Origin: a bacterium
GTDB lineage: Bacteria; Patescibacteriota; Minisyncoccia; UBA6257; JAGOQP01
Length of the DNA: 64,000 nucleotides
Direction of reading: 5' to 3'
NCBI GenBank assembly: GCA_021814695.1
Contig: JAKAHY010000005.1
Span: forward strand, 1,364-65,363
The notes under the pieces are model-generated. The model did not search any database and was not told the DNA's origin. It saw only the letters and a list, made by a program, of their open reading frames with translations. The first letter of the stretch is position 1, and every line of letters begins with the position of its first letter. Below are positions 28,956 through 38,693 of the stretch, piece after piece. Both the position numbers and the translations under genes were made by a program.

Positions 28956-29684
28956 TTATTTGACAAACTTGAACGTACCGATAATATTTTTCATCAACGA
29001 ATTTATTTTTTTCTCGTCAAACGGCCTAAGATTGTACGAGGATGGATAGTTGGCAATCTGGCTGGAATGAACGGTGTATTCCAATGCATAACATCGGCTA
29101 TTGTGCAGCGTACGATAACTGGTTGTTTCGTAGTAATTTCCGGCACCGGCATCGGCCGAATGGAAAACAGTGAATTGGACACCGTTAACATCGGCAGTTG
29201 AGGTTGCCATAGCCGGTCCCCCGCTTGAGTCGGCATTCATACATTGAGCCACGGCAGATTTATCAGAACTGGCCCCAATCGTAAATTTGGTATCAATAAA
29301 ATTAGTTTGAGGCTCAAATGCTCTGGGAACGGTCAGCTCAAAATATTTTATTCCCGAAATATTATTAGCTCCCGCTCGCCAATCGACCGACGGCAAATTT
29401 AAATAACTACCTTGAGCATCAAAATCAATCGGATAGGCTATGCTAAAGCCACTGTTATTCGCATCAACTTGCCATTCGGCAGGATTGCTGTAATACTCCG
29501 TCACACAAGATAAATTCTGAGTTGAGGAGCTCACGGCAGTGTCGGGTGAAATATTTTCGATAGATAAAAGAGTTTTTTGATATTCCATCCCGTAATAAAA
29601 TCCTAAAAACGGCAGTGCCACGAATAAAATCAAGGCCAGCAATTTTGAATACCAAGTTACTTTATTCCATTCTATTTTTTGCAT
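28956..29684 (-). CDS. Membrane-anchored extracytoplasmic protein (hypothetical)
   Basis: N-terminal TM (LLALILFVALPFLGFYY) followed by a Ser/Thr-rich ectodomain. Confidence 0.4.
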   Translation of the reverse strand: MQKIEWNKVTWYSKLLALILFVALPFLGFYYGMEYQKTLLSIENISPDTAVSSSTQNLSCVTEYYSNPAEWQVDANNSGFSIAYPIDFDAQGSYLNLPSVDWRAGANNISGIKYFELTVPRAFEPQTNFIDTKFTIGASSDKSAVAQCMNADSSGGPAMATSTADVNGVQFTVFHSADAGAGNYYETTSYRTLHNSRCYALEYTVHSSQIANYPSSYNLRPFDEKKINSLMKNIIGTFKFVK

Positions 29685-29720
29685 GTTATTAACATAATAG
29701 CATATACGCTTTTATATTCT

Positions 29721-29750
29721 AAAAACCCGCCTTTCGGCGGAATTTTTATA
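29721..29750 (-). terminator. Terminator after rpmG
   Basis: cccgcctttcggcggg-type hairpin followed by a T-run on the minus strand. Confidence 0.5.
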
Positions 29751-29812
29751 TTTTAATTCGCGTGAGCGCATTCGTGTCGCCGAAGCTTTGGCAAAGGCGC
29801 GCTATTCGCATA

Positions 29813-29983
29813 CTATCTTTTGGCTTCAGCGTGTTTAGTGTGATCGCGGCACCATTTGCAATATTTTTTAAGCTCCAATTTTCCCTCAAAAGTTTTTTTG
29901 TTTTTTCGGGTGCTGTAATTTATCCGCTTACAAACGGTGCATCTTAATTTTGTTAAATTTTCGGTGAATTTTGATTTTGCCAT
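29813..29983 (-). CDS. rpmG: 50S ribosomal protein L33 (below the 60-aa cut-off of the ORF track)
   Basis: Reverse translation: [56 protein letters not shown]; L33 zinc-ribbon signature. Confidence 0.8.
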   Translation of the reverse strand: MAKSKFTENLTKLRCTVCKRINYSTRKNKKTFEGKLELKKYCKWCRDHTKHAEAKR

Positions 29984-30000
29984 ATTTTTTTATTTATGTG

Positions 30001-30074
30001 AGCCAATGGCCGGAATTGAACCGGCGACCTACTCCTTACCATGGAGTTGCTCTACCAGCTGAGCTACATTGGCC
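30001..30074 (-). tRNA. tRNA-Thr (anticodon GGT)
   Basis: rc GGCCAATGTAGCTCAGCTGGTAGAGCAACTCCATGGTAAGGAGTAGGTCGCCGGTTCAATTCCGGCCATTGGCT. Confidence 0.75.
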
Positions 30075-30120
30075 TGGATCACAGACATTATCCTAACGAA
30101 AACCAACATAACTTTCAAGC

Positions 30121-30196
30121 TGGAGCCACCTCCCGGATTCGGACCGGGGACCTTCACTTTACAAAAGTGTTGCTCTACCAGCTGAGCTAAGGTGGC
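30121..30196 (-). tRNA. tRNA-Thr (anticodon TGT), CCA encoded
   Basis: rc GCCACCTTAGCTCAGCTGGTAGAGCAACACTTTTGTAAAGTGAAGGTCCCCGGTCCGAATCCGGGAGGTGGCTCCA. The T-loop reads TCCGAAT (C at position 55). Confidence 0.7.
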
Positions 30197-30209
30197 ACGA
30201 TTCGAAATG

Positions 30210-30294
30210 TGGGCAGGGTGAGAGTCGAACTCACGCGGGCACATTGGCCAACGGTTTTACAGACCGCCCTCGGCCCCTACGAGACTACCTGCCC
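30210..30294 (-). tRNA. tRNA-Tyr (anticodon GTA), long variable arm
   Basis: rc GGGCAGGTAGTCTCG...GGTCTGTAAAACC...GTGAGTTCGACTCTCACCCTGCCCA. Confidence 0.75.
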
Positions 30295-30308
30295 TTTTAA
30301 CGAACTAA

Positions 30309-30674
30309 CTAATTATCTTTTACTTCCTCACTCTTTTCTTCCCTTTTTTCATCCTTTTTTTCCTCCTGTTCTATCTCTTTGAGGATGTTTTGTTGGTCTG
30401 AATTTGAGGCGTGTCTGTTTTTTATCCTTTCTATGTGCCTGGAAACGTAATTGTCCAATCGCATAACCAACAATTTCATCTTTCTGAGCCATTTAGAAAG
30501 CAGAACTATTAATTTGCGGTCAACTTCGTCTATCCATTCCGCTTTAAAAAAAGTTTTCCGTGTTGATGGCTCTTCCGATGAAATATCACTGACATAAGGA
30601 AGTTTGCGCACAAACAAAAACACAATAGCCCCAAAGGCGATGAAAAAAACAAATTCCAGAATGAATAACGACAT
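30309..30674 (-). CDS. Membrane protein with acidic/lysine-rich C-terminal tail (hypothetical)
   Basis: N-terminal TM; EEKKDEKREEKSEE tail. Confidence 0.35.
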   Translation of the reverse strand: MSLFILEFVFFIAFGAIVFLFVRKLPYVSDISSEEPSTRKTFFKAEWIDEVDRKLIVLLSKWLRKMKLLVMRLDNYVSRHIERIKNRHASNSDQQNILKEIEQEEKKDEKREEKSEEVKDN

Positions 30675-30695
30675 GTGATTTATGCTACGGAATAA

Positions 30696-31136
30696 TTATA
30701 GTTCGTAGCGGCAGAATCTTTCAACCTTTATGTTTTCACCTGTTTTTGCGATTGCTTGCGTAATAAGATCGCCTACGGTAATCGATTCGTCCTTAACAAA
30801 AGGCTGTTTAACTAATTCTTCCGAAGTTTCCGGATTCATCGAGGCTACGTGCATTGCCAAATCGTGAGCCAATGTTTTGAAAACATCGGTCTTTGCGACA
30901 AAGTCGGTTTCACAGCGAAGCTCCAAAATAACACCGATGCGGCCATTATGAACATAAGTCTCCAGCAGTCCGGCACCAGTTTTTCTTTCGGCTCTTTTTT
31001 CCGCTTTGGCAACTCCTCTTTCTAAAATCAGCTGCTTGGCTTTATCAAAATCACCTCCGGCATCATCCAAAGCCTTTTTACAATCCATAACACCCGCACT
31101 TGTTGCTTCGCGAAGACGAATCAAAACGTTATCCAT
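30696..31136 (-). CDS. tsf: Elongation factor Ts (short form, 146 aa)
   Basis: UBA-like N-terminus [26 protein letters not shown]. Confidence 0.85.
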   Translation of the reverse strand: MDNVLIRLREATSAGVMDCKKALDDAGGDFDKAKQLILERGVAKAEKRAERKTGAGLLETYVHNGRIGVILELRCETDFVAKTDVFKTLAHDLAMHVASMNPETSEELVKQPFVKDESITVGDLITQAIAKTGENIKVERFCRYEL

Positions 31137-31142
31137 TGTTGT

Positions 31143-31895
31143 TTAAGATTTAATTTTATCTACTAAAGCATTTATAACCCATTCCACCGATGCCTTGGAG
31201 TGGTCGTTTGCCGGAATAAAGTAGGTCATTTGTCCGGGATTGTCGTCGTTGTCAATTATTCCCACCAACTTCATTTTGTGAAGAGTAGCTTCATGAACGG
31301 CAGTTGAATGCCCCTTAAGAGAAGGATCTATAACAAACATTATATCCGGAATCTTTGTAAAATTCTCCAGACCCGTGAAAAGGATTCCCATTTTTTCTAC
31401 CTCTCTTGAAATAAGAAGTTTTTCCTTTTTTGTATATCCTTCAAATTTTCCTTGTTCCAGATCAAGTTTCCTTTTCTTGAAATAATCAATTCTTTTCCCA
31501 ACAATACCGAAATTAGTGATCAGACCTCCTATCCATCGATTTACTACGTAAGGCGCATTACCGAGAGCTTCGGACAATTTTATTACCGCATTTCTTGAGG
31601 CCGCTTGAGTTCCGACTATCATAAATGTCTTCTTTTCGGCCAAGCTGCTTTTGATAAATCCGGCGACAATATCAATTGCCTTGATTGTTTTAACCAGGTC
31701 GATTATGGCAACACCATTGCGTAATCCGTAAATATACTCGTCAAATTGAGGGTCTTTACGTGATTTTTTATGGCCGTAAAAAACTCCGGCTTTGGCCATT
31801 TCCGTTAAAACCACTTCGTCTACTCCTACTTCGGATGCCAGGCTCTGAATATCAAACAGTGCCGATCCGTTATTTTTTTCTTCGTTTTCACTCAT
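31143..31895 (-). CDS. rpsB: 30S ribosomal protein S2
   Basis: S2 family (FMIVGTQAASRNAV...NRWIGGLITNF). Confidence 0.9.
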   Translation of the reverse strand: MSENEEKNNGSALFDIQSLASEVGVDEVVLTEMAKAGVFYGHKKSRKDPQFDEYIYGLRNGVAIIDLVKTIKAIDIVAGFIKSSLAEKKTFMIVGTQAASRNAVIKLSEALGNAPYVVNRWIGGLITNFGIVGKRIDYFKKRKLDLEQGKFEGYTKKEKLLISREVEKMGILFTGLENFTKIPDIMFVIDPSLKGHSTAVHEATLHKMKLVGIIDNDDNPGQMTYFIPANDHSKASVEWVINALVDKIKS

Positions 31896-32128
31896 AGATA
31901 TAACAACGCTGCGCCTTTCACGCAGCCAATTCCGTTGCTATCCGATAAGCCGGTCGGACACGGAACTTGCTGTCTCCGCTTGATAGCAGAGGGTTATTTT
32001 ATATAAATGGGTTTCCCCATGGCTCACAAAGATAATACATTACCATAACCAGAAAATCAATATAACACCAATAATTTGACCTTAAAAGCCAAGAAGGTTA
32101 TTATATCCGGCAGAACAAAGGAAAGAAA

Positions 32129-32341
32129 ATGATTCCAAGACTGACACCGGCTCAGGAAGAATTGCAGAATATGGTTAGCGAATTGACACAGAATAATCCG
32201 GATAAAATCCGAAAACTTGCCGATGAGCTTGGATTCTCACTGCCGATAATTGAGCAATGGTCAAAAGGGGAAAATATGGCCCACCCAATTATTGCCGAAG
32301 CAATCGTTATATATCTTAAAAATAAGTCGCAGGCATCATGA
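32129..32341 (+). CDS. Small HTH-like protein (hypothetical)
   Basis: 70 aa; good RBS aaaggaaag; possible helix-turn-helix LADELGFSLPIIEQWSKG. Confidence 0.3.
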   Translation: MIPRLTPAQEELQNMVSELTQNNPDKIRKLADELGFSLPIIEQWSKGENMAHPIIAEAIVIYLKNKSQAS

Positions 32342-32356
32342 CTATGTCCTGCTTTT

Positions 32357-33001
32357 TTATTTTTTATTTTGTCTTTTGCGCCATTCTTCAATTTTCTTGT
32401 GGTTTCCGGACAAAAGAATGTCGGGAACTTTCCATTTATTCTTCCCTGATTTAAAAACTTCCGGACGGGTATATGTGGGATAACTCCCCTTAATCTCTTC
32501 AAGCGATTCGTTTTTGCCCAAAACTCCGGGGATAAAACGGGAGACGGCATCCACAACAATCATCGCCGGGATCTCCCCTCCCGAAAGAACAAAGCCTCCT
32601 ACGGAAATCTCTTCATCGGCGACATACTTTGCAACTCTCTCATCAATGCCTTCATAGCGGCCACAAATTAATATCAAATTTTTGTATTTGGACAATCTCT
32701 TGGCTTCTTTTGCGGTAAATAATTTTCCTCTTGTACTAAACAAAACTACTCTTGTTTTATTATTTTTAGCCTTAGGCTTAAGACTCTTTACCGCCTTAAA
32801 TATAGGCTCAACTTTCATAACCATACCCGGCCCTCCACCAAAAGGAGAATCGTCAACTTTGTGGTGTTTGTCGGTTGTCCAGTCGCGTATATTATGGATG
32901 TGTATATCGATAATGCCGCGTTTTTGAGCGTGTCCAAGAATAGAGTGATGAAAATACTCTCCAAAAGATTCCGGTATCACCGATAAAATATTGAATTTCA
33001 T
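32357..33001 (-). CDS. trmD: tRNA (guanine37-N1)-methyltransferase TrmD (start taken at MKFNILSV)
   Basis: SPOUT knot motifs (ILICGRYEGIDERV; GGEIPAMIVVDAVSR). Confidence 0.9.
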   Translation of the reverse strand: MKFNILSVIPESFGEYFHHSILGHAQKRGIIDIHIHNIRDWTTDKHHKVDDSPFGGGPGMVMKVEPIFKAVKSLKPKAKNNKTRVVLFSTRGKLFTAKEAKRLSKYKNLILICGRYEGIDERVAKYVADEEISVGGFVLSGGEIPAMIVVDAVSRFIPGVLGKNESLEEIKGSYPTYTRPEVFKSGKNKWKVPDILLSGNHKKIEEWRKRQNKK

Positions 33002-33104
33002 TTGAGTGTTGCGGTTAAAATTTAATTGTAACAGTAAAAGCCGCAATTACAAAAAAGCGCCGTTTTGCAACGGCACTTTTTATACGTATAAATCTGAGTT
33101 TTTA

Positions 33105-33416
33105 CTAAAGAGATTTGAGGTCTTCCATCGCCTGGTCAACCGCTGACCCATGTCCTCCCGTGCCGCCTTCCGGCTCCAGGATTTTAAGGTTAACACGAGC
33201 GTTGTTCTTTAAGCCCACGATGCGAAGGAGCGAGCGAATAGCTTTAGCAGTGGCGCCTTTGCGGCCAACTACCTGCCCCATATCATCCTTGTGGACCTGA
33301 AGAGTCAGGAGTACTCCCATCTCGTCGATTTTCCTTTCAACTTTTACATCTTCAGGATGGTCGACTATGGATTTTACGAGAAACTCGAGAAAGCTAATAT
33401 CCTTTGACGCGTCCAT
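33105..33416 (-). CDS. KH-domain RNA-binding protein (YlqC/KhpA-like)
   Basis: VGRKGATAKAIRSLL GxxG KH motif; lies between rpsP and trmD as in the canonical operon. Confidence 0.8.
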   Translation of the reverse strand: MDASKDISFLEFLVKSIVDHPEDVKVERKIDEMGVLLTLQVHKDDMGQVVGRKGATAKAIRSLLRIVGLKNNARVNLKILEPEGGTGGHGSAVDQAMEDLKSL

Positions 33417-33498
33417 GATAATCGGGATTATTACAGAACCTCGACCTTTAATTCTATTTCGGCAAATTACGATGAAAAACTTTCAGGTAACTTATCTG

Positions 33499-33813
33499 CT
33501 ATGCAGAAGGAGCGGGTTCAGTTTCGGCCGGTTTTTCCTTCTGTTGTTTTGATTTCTTATGCAAAGGAATTTTTTTACCTTCAATAATCTTGGCGTCCAC
33601 CAAAAGATTATGGACCGTATCCGTCGGCTGAGCACCGTTAGCCAACCACTGTTTGGCTTTTTCCGCATTTATCAGGAATTTATTGGTGTGAGGATTATAC
33701 CATCCCAAATCATCTATATATTTACCTACAAGCTTGGACTTCTTGGGAAGTATGACTACTCTGTAGGAAATCTGTTTTTTCTTGCCCACTGGGCGAAGTT
33801 TGATTGATATCAT
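33499..33813 (-). CDS. rpsP: 30S ribosomal protein S16
   Basis: MISIKLRPVGKKKQISYRVV N-terminus of the S16 family. Confidence 0.9.
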   Translation of the reverse strand: MISIKLRPVGKKKQISYRVVILPKKSKLVGKYIDDLGWYNPHTNKFLINAEKAKQWLANGAQPTDTVHNLLVDAKIIEGKKIPLHKKSKQQKEKPAETEPAPSA

Positions 33814-33888
33814 GCTGAATTTTTGTCTGTTTACGTTACAATTTAAGTTATTCGATTCTAACTACAAACACCAGAAAAGTCAATAAAT

Positions 33889-36081
33889 TTATTTAACCAT
33901 AGGTTCGGCTTCCTCAAGCTTTATGGATAAAAGTTTTGACCCACCTCCTTCGTCCATAGTCACTCCATACAAAACTTGAGCCGCTTCCATAGAAACCCGA
34001 TTGTGAGTCACCATAACAAATTGAGTTTCTCCGGAAAAATTCTTAATAAGATCGGCGTATCTTTTGGAATTTTTCTCGTCCAAGGCCGAATCGGCTTCGT
34101 CCAGAACCAGAAACGGAGGCGGACTAACCGAAATCAGAGCAAATAACGCCGCCAAAGAAACCAGGCTCTTTTCTCCCCCCGAAAGCATTTCCAGACTGGT
34201 TATTTTCTTTTGCGGTATGGAAACTTCCAAATCCAAGCCTGCCAGAGACTCATCAACTCCTTCATTCTCCGGCGAAGGTTCTTGGATTTCAGTACCGTCC
34301 TGATTTTCTGCGACGGCTTTTTCTTTTTTGATGATTTTCATTTTGGCCGAACCGCCACCGAACATTATTCTGAAGAAATTATTGAAAGCGTCGTTGACTT
34401 TCTTAAATGAGGCCTGAAAATCATGGGATATTCTTTGGCTAAGTTCGCTGATAAGAATACTTAAATCAGCCGAGGCTTTTTTGAGGTCTGAGGATTCCTT
34501 GGTTAAAAACTCATGGTGAGTTTCCACTTCCTTGGCTTCTTTAATCAAAACTTCGTCGATTTCTCCGATACTGGCCAGTTCTCCCCGCATTCGGTAAATT
34601 TTACGCTCCATTTCGGAAAGTTCGGACTCGCTAAACGATTTTTCAAACGTTGGAGAAAGAGCCATCTGTTCAAATTCGTTAAAGTGCCCCCCAAAGGAAC
34701 GAATCTGATTTTCAAGCTCCTGAATCTTGAAGGTTATTTTTTCTTCTTCAAAAAATATCTTGTTTTTCGCATCTTCAAGATGTTTTATTTTGGAGCGTAA
34801 CTGTTCCAATTGGGTAAATGTCTCTTTAAAGTTTTTATTAAAATCTTCCACTCCTTTAGAAATATCGCGTTCGGTTGATTCGATTTTTTCTATATCCTTT
34901 TCGATTCCGGACAGGATGGATTCTATCTCCTTTTTCTTTACGGAGAGTTCCCCCTGTTGCGGAGAAGTTTGGGATTTTTTTGGAGAGATCACGCTTTCCA
35001 CAATCTCTATAATTTTTTTTATTTTGATTTTTGCCTCATCAAAGCTGGCCGAGGAAAGCATGTTCTCTAAATCATTTTTTATATTCGAAAGGGTTTGATG
35101 CATCTGCTCGACCGAGACCGATTGTGTTTGGACCGCTCTCTCAAGCTGTTCCAGTTGAGCCTCAATCTTATAGACGTCTTTTTCGAGAGCCGATTTTTTT
35201 ATAAATAGATCCCGCTTTTCTTTTTGGAGAATTTCAGTTTTCCCGGAAGGTAAAGATTTATCCTCTAAAGATTTGAGTTGTTTTTCTATCTCGGCTGATT
35301 TTTTAACTGCATCTTTTAATTCCGACTCATTTGAAGAAAGAGGTTCTTTGATTTTCTTTCTGGAGTCGTAAAGAAATTTGATTTTGAATGAATAAAAGTC
35401 GCTTTCCAGATTTTTCAATTCCTGTTCTACTTCAAAACGCTTCTCCCATTTAGCCGTTTGGCGCTTAAGCATGCGCAACCGAGGCGCAACCTCTTGAATC
35501 ATAGCCTCAACTTTGTCCAAATTGATTTTAGTATTTTTCAGCTTGCGCTCGCTTTCGGATTTTTTGAGCTGAAATTCTCTTAATCCCAGGATTTCTTCCA
35601 TCATTGCAACGCGTTCGGCGGGAAGAGCACGGACAAAAATATCATTTGCTCCCTGGCCAATTATAGTAAGCCCCTTGCTACCAAGCTTTATTTTTGCAAA
35701 AAAATCAATGATGTCCTTAAGACGAACCTCGTTGTCATTTATGAAATATTGAGAAACTCCGTTACGGCTTATTTTTCTGGATATTACCACCTCCTTGAAA
35801 TCAACCGGTAATTTACCCGAGGAATTATCAAAAACCAGGCTCACTTGAGCCATGGACATTCTGGGTTTTTTGGCCGTACCCGCAAAAATAAGGTCTTCGA
35901 TTTTATCACCTCTCAAGTTTTTTGCTTCACGCTCACCCAAAAGCCACCTGATGGCATCTATAATATTAGACTTCCCCGATCCGTTGGGGCCGACTATAGC
36001 AACAATACCCGTCGGAAATTCAAAGACGGTTTTTTGGGCGAACGATTTAAATCCGTTTATTTCAAGACGTTTTAAAAACAT
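33889..36081 (-). CDS. smc: SMC-family chromosome segregation ATPase (unusually short, 730 aa)
   Basis: N-terminal Walker A VGPNGSGKSNIIDAIRWLLGE, long coiled coil, C-terminal signature LSGGEKSLVSLAA, and Walker B VLDEADSALD. Confidence 0.8.
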   Translation of the reverse strand: MFLKRLEINGFKSFAQKTVFEFPTGIVAIVGPNGSGKSNIIDAIRWLLGEREAKNLRGDKIEDLIFAGTAKKPRMSMAQVSLVFDNSSGKLPVDFKEVVISRKISRNGVSQYFINDNEVRLKDIIDFFAKIKLGSKGLTIIGQGANDIFVRALPAERVAMMEEILGLREFQLKKSESERKLKNTKINLDKVEAMIQEVAPRLRMLKRQTAKWEKRFEVEQELKNLESDFYSFKIKFLYDSRKKIKEPLSSNESELKDAVKKSAEIEKQLKSLEDKSLPSGKTEILQKEKRDLFIKKSALEKDVYKIEAQLEQLERAVQTQSVSVEQMHQTLSNIKNDLENMLSSASFDEAKIKIKKIIEIVESVISPKKSQTSPQQGELSVKKKEIESILSGIEKDIEKIESTERDISKGVEDFNKNFKETFTQLEQLRSKIKHLEDAKNKIFFEEEKITFKIQELENQIRSFGGHFNEFEQMALSPTFEKSFSESELSEMERKIYRMRGELASIGEIDEVLIKEAKEVETHHEFLTKESSDLKKASADLSILISELSQRISHDFQASFKKVNDAFNNFFRIMFGGGSAKMKIIKKEKAVAENQDGTEIQEPSPENEGVDESLAGLDLEVSIPQKKITSLEMLSGGEKSLVSLAALFALISVSPPPFLVLDEADSALDEKNSKRYADLIKNFSGETQFVMVTHNRVSMEAAQVLYGVTMDEGGGSKLLSIKLEEAEPMVK

Positions 36082-36754
36082 GTAATCCTTTTCTGGCAGC
36101 TTCCAGTTCGGCCTCCTGTTTGGACAATCCCGACCCTTCGGCTACTTTATTTTCATTAAGAAATACTCCGACGACAAAAGTTTTGTGATGATCTGGTCCG
36201 TATTCTTCAAGCACTTTATACATCGGGGTAATTTTAAATTGTTCCTGTGCAATTTCCTGAAATAGGCTTTTGGCATCCTTATCCAAATTGCGCCTGACTA
36301 TTTCTTCAACTCCGACAAGTACGTGTTTATAAACAAAATCTTTAACCACCTCATATCCTTTATCCAGATAAATGGAACCCAAGAGAGCCTCAACGCTGTT
36401 GGCCAGAATAACTTCGCGGGCCTTTCCGGTATCACGAGCTTCTCCTTTAGACAAAAGTAAATAATCTTCAATTCCGAGAGTTTTTGCCACCTTAGAAAGC
36501 GCCACATAATTTACCAGCGCCGCCCGAATACTTGTGAGCCTTCCTTCCTCGTATTGTGGATATTTGGAAAACAAATAATCGGTGACTATAAGCTCAAGAA
36601 CGGCGTCCCCCAAAAATTCCAAACGTTCGTTGTGCGGCAAATTCCACGAAGGATTTTCGTTTATATAAGAGCGATGAGTCAGGGACTCTTTAAGAAGGTC
36701 CACATTCGAGAATTGAATTCCCAACTGTTGTTGCAATAACGAGATGTCTGACAT
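36062..36754 (-). CDS. rnc: Ribonuclease III
   Basis: ERLEFLGDAVLE catalytic signature plus C-terminal dsRBD. Confidence 0.9.
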   Translation of the reverse strand: MSDISLLQQQLGIQFSNVDLLKESLTHRSYINENPSWNLPHNERLEFLGDAVLELIVTDYLFSKYPQYEEGRLTSIRAALVNYVALSKVAKTLGIEDYLLLSKGEARDTGKAREVILANSVEALLGSIYLDKGYEVVKDFVYKHVLVGVEEIVRRNLDKDAKSLFQEIAQEQFKITPMYKVLEEYGPDHHKTFVVGVFLNENKVAEGSGLSKQEAELEAARKGLHVFKTS

Positions 36755-36756
36755 GC

Positions 36757-37215
36757 TTATTCTTTCTTATTTTCTGTTGGAGACGGCGAGGTTTCAACTA
36801 TTTCTAATTGCTTATAAACAGTTCCCAGAACTCCGTTTATAAATTTACCGGAATTGACTCCGCCGTAATTTTTAGCCAGTTCAATAGCTTCGTTGATGGC
36901 GACTTTATAAGGGACTTCGTTATGATCGACATAAAGCAATTCGTAAACGCCTATGCGCAAAACATTCCTGTCAATTAAAGCTATCTGATCAAAAGGCCAC
37001 TCAACCGCCGATTTTGAGATAATAGCGTCAATCTCCGGAAGATGATCAACTACTCCCTTAACTATTTTCCACACAAACTCAGGTTCGTTGATTCCGGGCC
37101 CAAACTCATCCATATTTCTCTGGACAATTTGAACGAGGTCTTTTTCCTTATTGGAAAAATCCCACTCGTAGAGCGACTGGAGAACAATCGAACGCGCGAG
37201 ATGTCTTGTTGCCAT
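36757..37215 (-). CDS. nusB: Transcription antitermination factor NusB
   Basis: NusB family fold ([15 protein letters not shown]...). Confidence 0.85.
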   Translation of the reverse strand: MATRHLARSIVLQSLYEWDFSNKEKDLVQIVQRNMDEFGPGINEPEFVWKIVKGVVDHLPEIDAIISKSAVEWPFDQIALIDRNVLRIGVYELLYVDHNEVPYKVAINEAIELAKNYGGVNSGKFINGVLGTVYKQLEIVETSPSPTENKKE

Positions 37216-37235
37216 TTTTATTTAGTCAAAATTCA

Positions 37236-37270
37236 AATAAAAAAACGAGGCGAATTTATTTTTTCGCCTT
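37236..37270 (-). terminator. Terminator overlapping the rpmF stop
   Basis: Hairpin ggcgaa...ttcgcc followed by a T-run on the minus strand. Confidence 0.45.
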
Positions 37271-37423
37271 GTGCCGATAGCCGCAGTTGGGACACGCCCT
37301 ATGGGAAATCATCGGATGTTTGCATTCGGGGCAAACAGCCAGATTCTGGGGCTTTAAGGCCATATGCGAGCGCCTGCTTCCCGTCTTTGACCGAGTGTGA
37401 TGTTTTGTAGGTACTCCACCCAT
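37256..37423 (-). CDS. rpmF: 50S ribosomal protein L32 (below the ORF-track size cut-off)
   Basis: Reverse translation: MGGVPTKHHTRSKTGSRRSHMALKPQNLAVCPECKHPMISHRACPNCGYRHKAKK; L32 zinc-ribbon signature. Confidence 0.75.
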   Translation of the reverse strand: MGGVPTKHHTRSKTGSRRSHMALKPQNLAVCPECKHPMISHRACPNCGYRHKAKK

Positions 37424-37512
37424 TGCTCAGTAATTAGTAACTAGTAATGAGTAATTAGTGAAAAAAGACCAATGGCCTATTTTTTCGGCCGATAGTCACT
37501 ATTCACTAATTA

Positions 37513-38193
37513 CTACCGTATTTTAGTGAACTTTCCAATAAATGTCAAACGATGAATCGGGCTTGGCCCATATTTTCTTATGGCCCGGATATGGCTTTTT
37601 GTGCCGTATCCTTTATGTCCGTCAAATCCATATTGAGGATATTTTAATTTCATTCTTTTCATCTCCAAATCCCTTTTTACTTTGGCAATTATAGAAGCGA
37701 TGGATACTGCGGGAACGGTTTCGTCGGCTTTCGGAAAACTCTCAAACGAACCGATTCTATCACTGGGCTTTATGTGAATACCCGCATCCGCAATTATCCG
37801 AACATGATTAAGTCCATATTTTTTTATTAATTTTAAAACGGCACGATTGGCGGCTTTATCGCAGGCACGGGCAATATTAATTTTATCTATTTCCGAGGGC
37901 GATACGGCCGAAAGCGCAAACGGAATTTTATTTTTCTTTACCCACGAAAACCACTCTTCTCTTTGTTTCTCGGAAAGTTTTTTCGAATCGGTCAATTTTT
38001 TTGGCGAATTAGATTTTTTCAGAAATTTTTTGGGATTTTTAGGAAATAAAACCGCACCCACAAAAATTCTGCCCGCCAGCGGTCCCCGTCCCACCTCATC
38101 AATGCCTATAATATAATTATGAGACAAGACTCGCTTCTTTGAAGCGGCCCTTCTGGATTCATCCGTTCCCAAAATCAATCTCTCTTTTTCCAT
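37513..38193 (-). CDS. rnhB: Ribonuclease HII
   Basis: GIDEVGRGPLAGRIFVGAV catalytic motif. Confidence 0.9.
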   Translation of the reverse strand: MEKERLILGTDESRRAASKKRVLSHNYIIGIDEVGRGPLAGRIFVGAVLFPKNPKKFLKKSNSPKKLTDSKKLSEKQREEWFSWVKKNKIPFALSAVSPSEIDKINIARACDKAANRAVLKLIKKYGLNHVRIIADAGIHIKPSDRIGSFESFPKADETVPAVSIASIIAKVKRDLEMKRMKLKYPQYGFDGHKGYGTKSHIRAIRKYGPSPIHRLTFIGKFTKIR

Positions 38194-38251
38194 TGTCTTT
38201 ATTTAATCATACTCGCCCAAAAACAAAAACTCCTGAAAATAGAAATATTTT

Positions 38252-38587
38252 TCAGGAGTTGATTTTAATGCCTACGGAAATCAATTCCATCGGAGATTTT
38301 ACCGGTTCGCTCCGGATACGGCTTATCGATTCCAGAATTTTTCCAAAAATATAGTCATCAACCGCGGAATCGAATATTGCCAGAGCTTCTTTGTCGCTTC
38401 TTGAAGAAATCAGGTCACGCTCTAGGGCGGCATCCATGTAGTAGACGCGGGCCACATTTATTAATTTAGCGAAACTCTCAGCAAATTCCGTTCCGTTAGG
38501 CATGCGGGTGTCCAAATCTACGCAAATAGTCACTTCCAGATAATCTTTGGCAAGATTGATAAGGGCCTGATGCCTGTTTATGTCCAT
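38252..38587 (-). CDS. Hypothetical protein
   Basis: 111-aa ORF, no family recognised. Confidence 0.3.
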   Translation of the reverse strand: MDINRHQALINLAKDYLEVTICVDLDTRMPNGTEFAESFAKLINVARVYYMDAALERDLISSRSDKEALAIFDSAVDDYIFGKILESISRIRSEPVKSPMELISVGIKINS

Positions 38588-38693
38588 ATTTATGCCTCCT
38601 CATACGAGCTTTACCTAGTAAATCATTTTTTACCCATTGAGTCCAGTTGTCATCGGCAAAGCATGCACTATAATGAAAGTAAATTTTTATTCT

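Noticed and set aside
30029-30244. 71-aa minus-strand ORF
   Set aside because: Runs through the tRNA-Thr/Thr/Tyr cluster and translates tRNA sequence; spurious.
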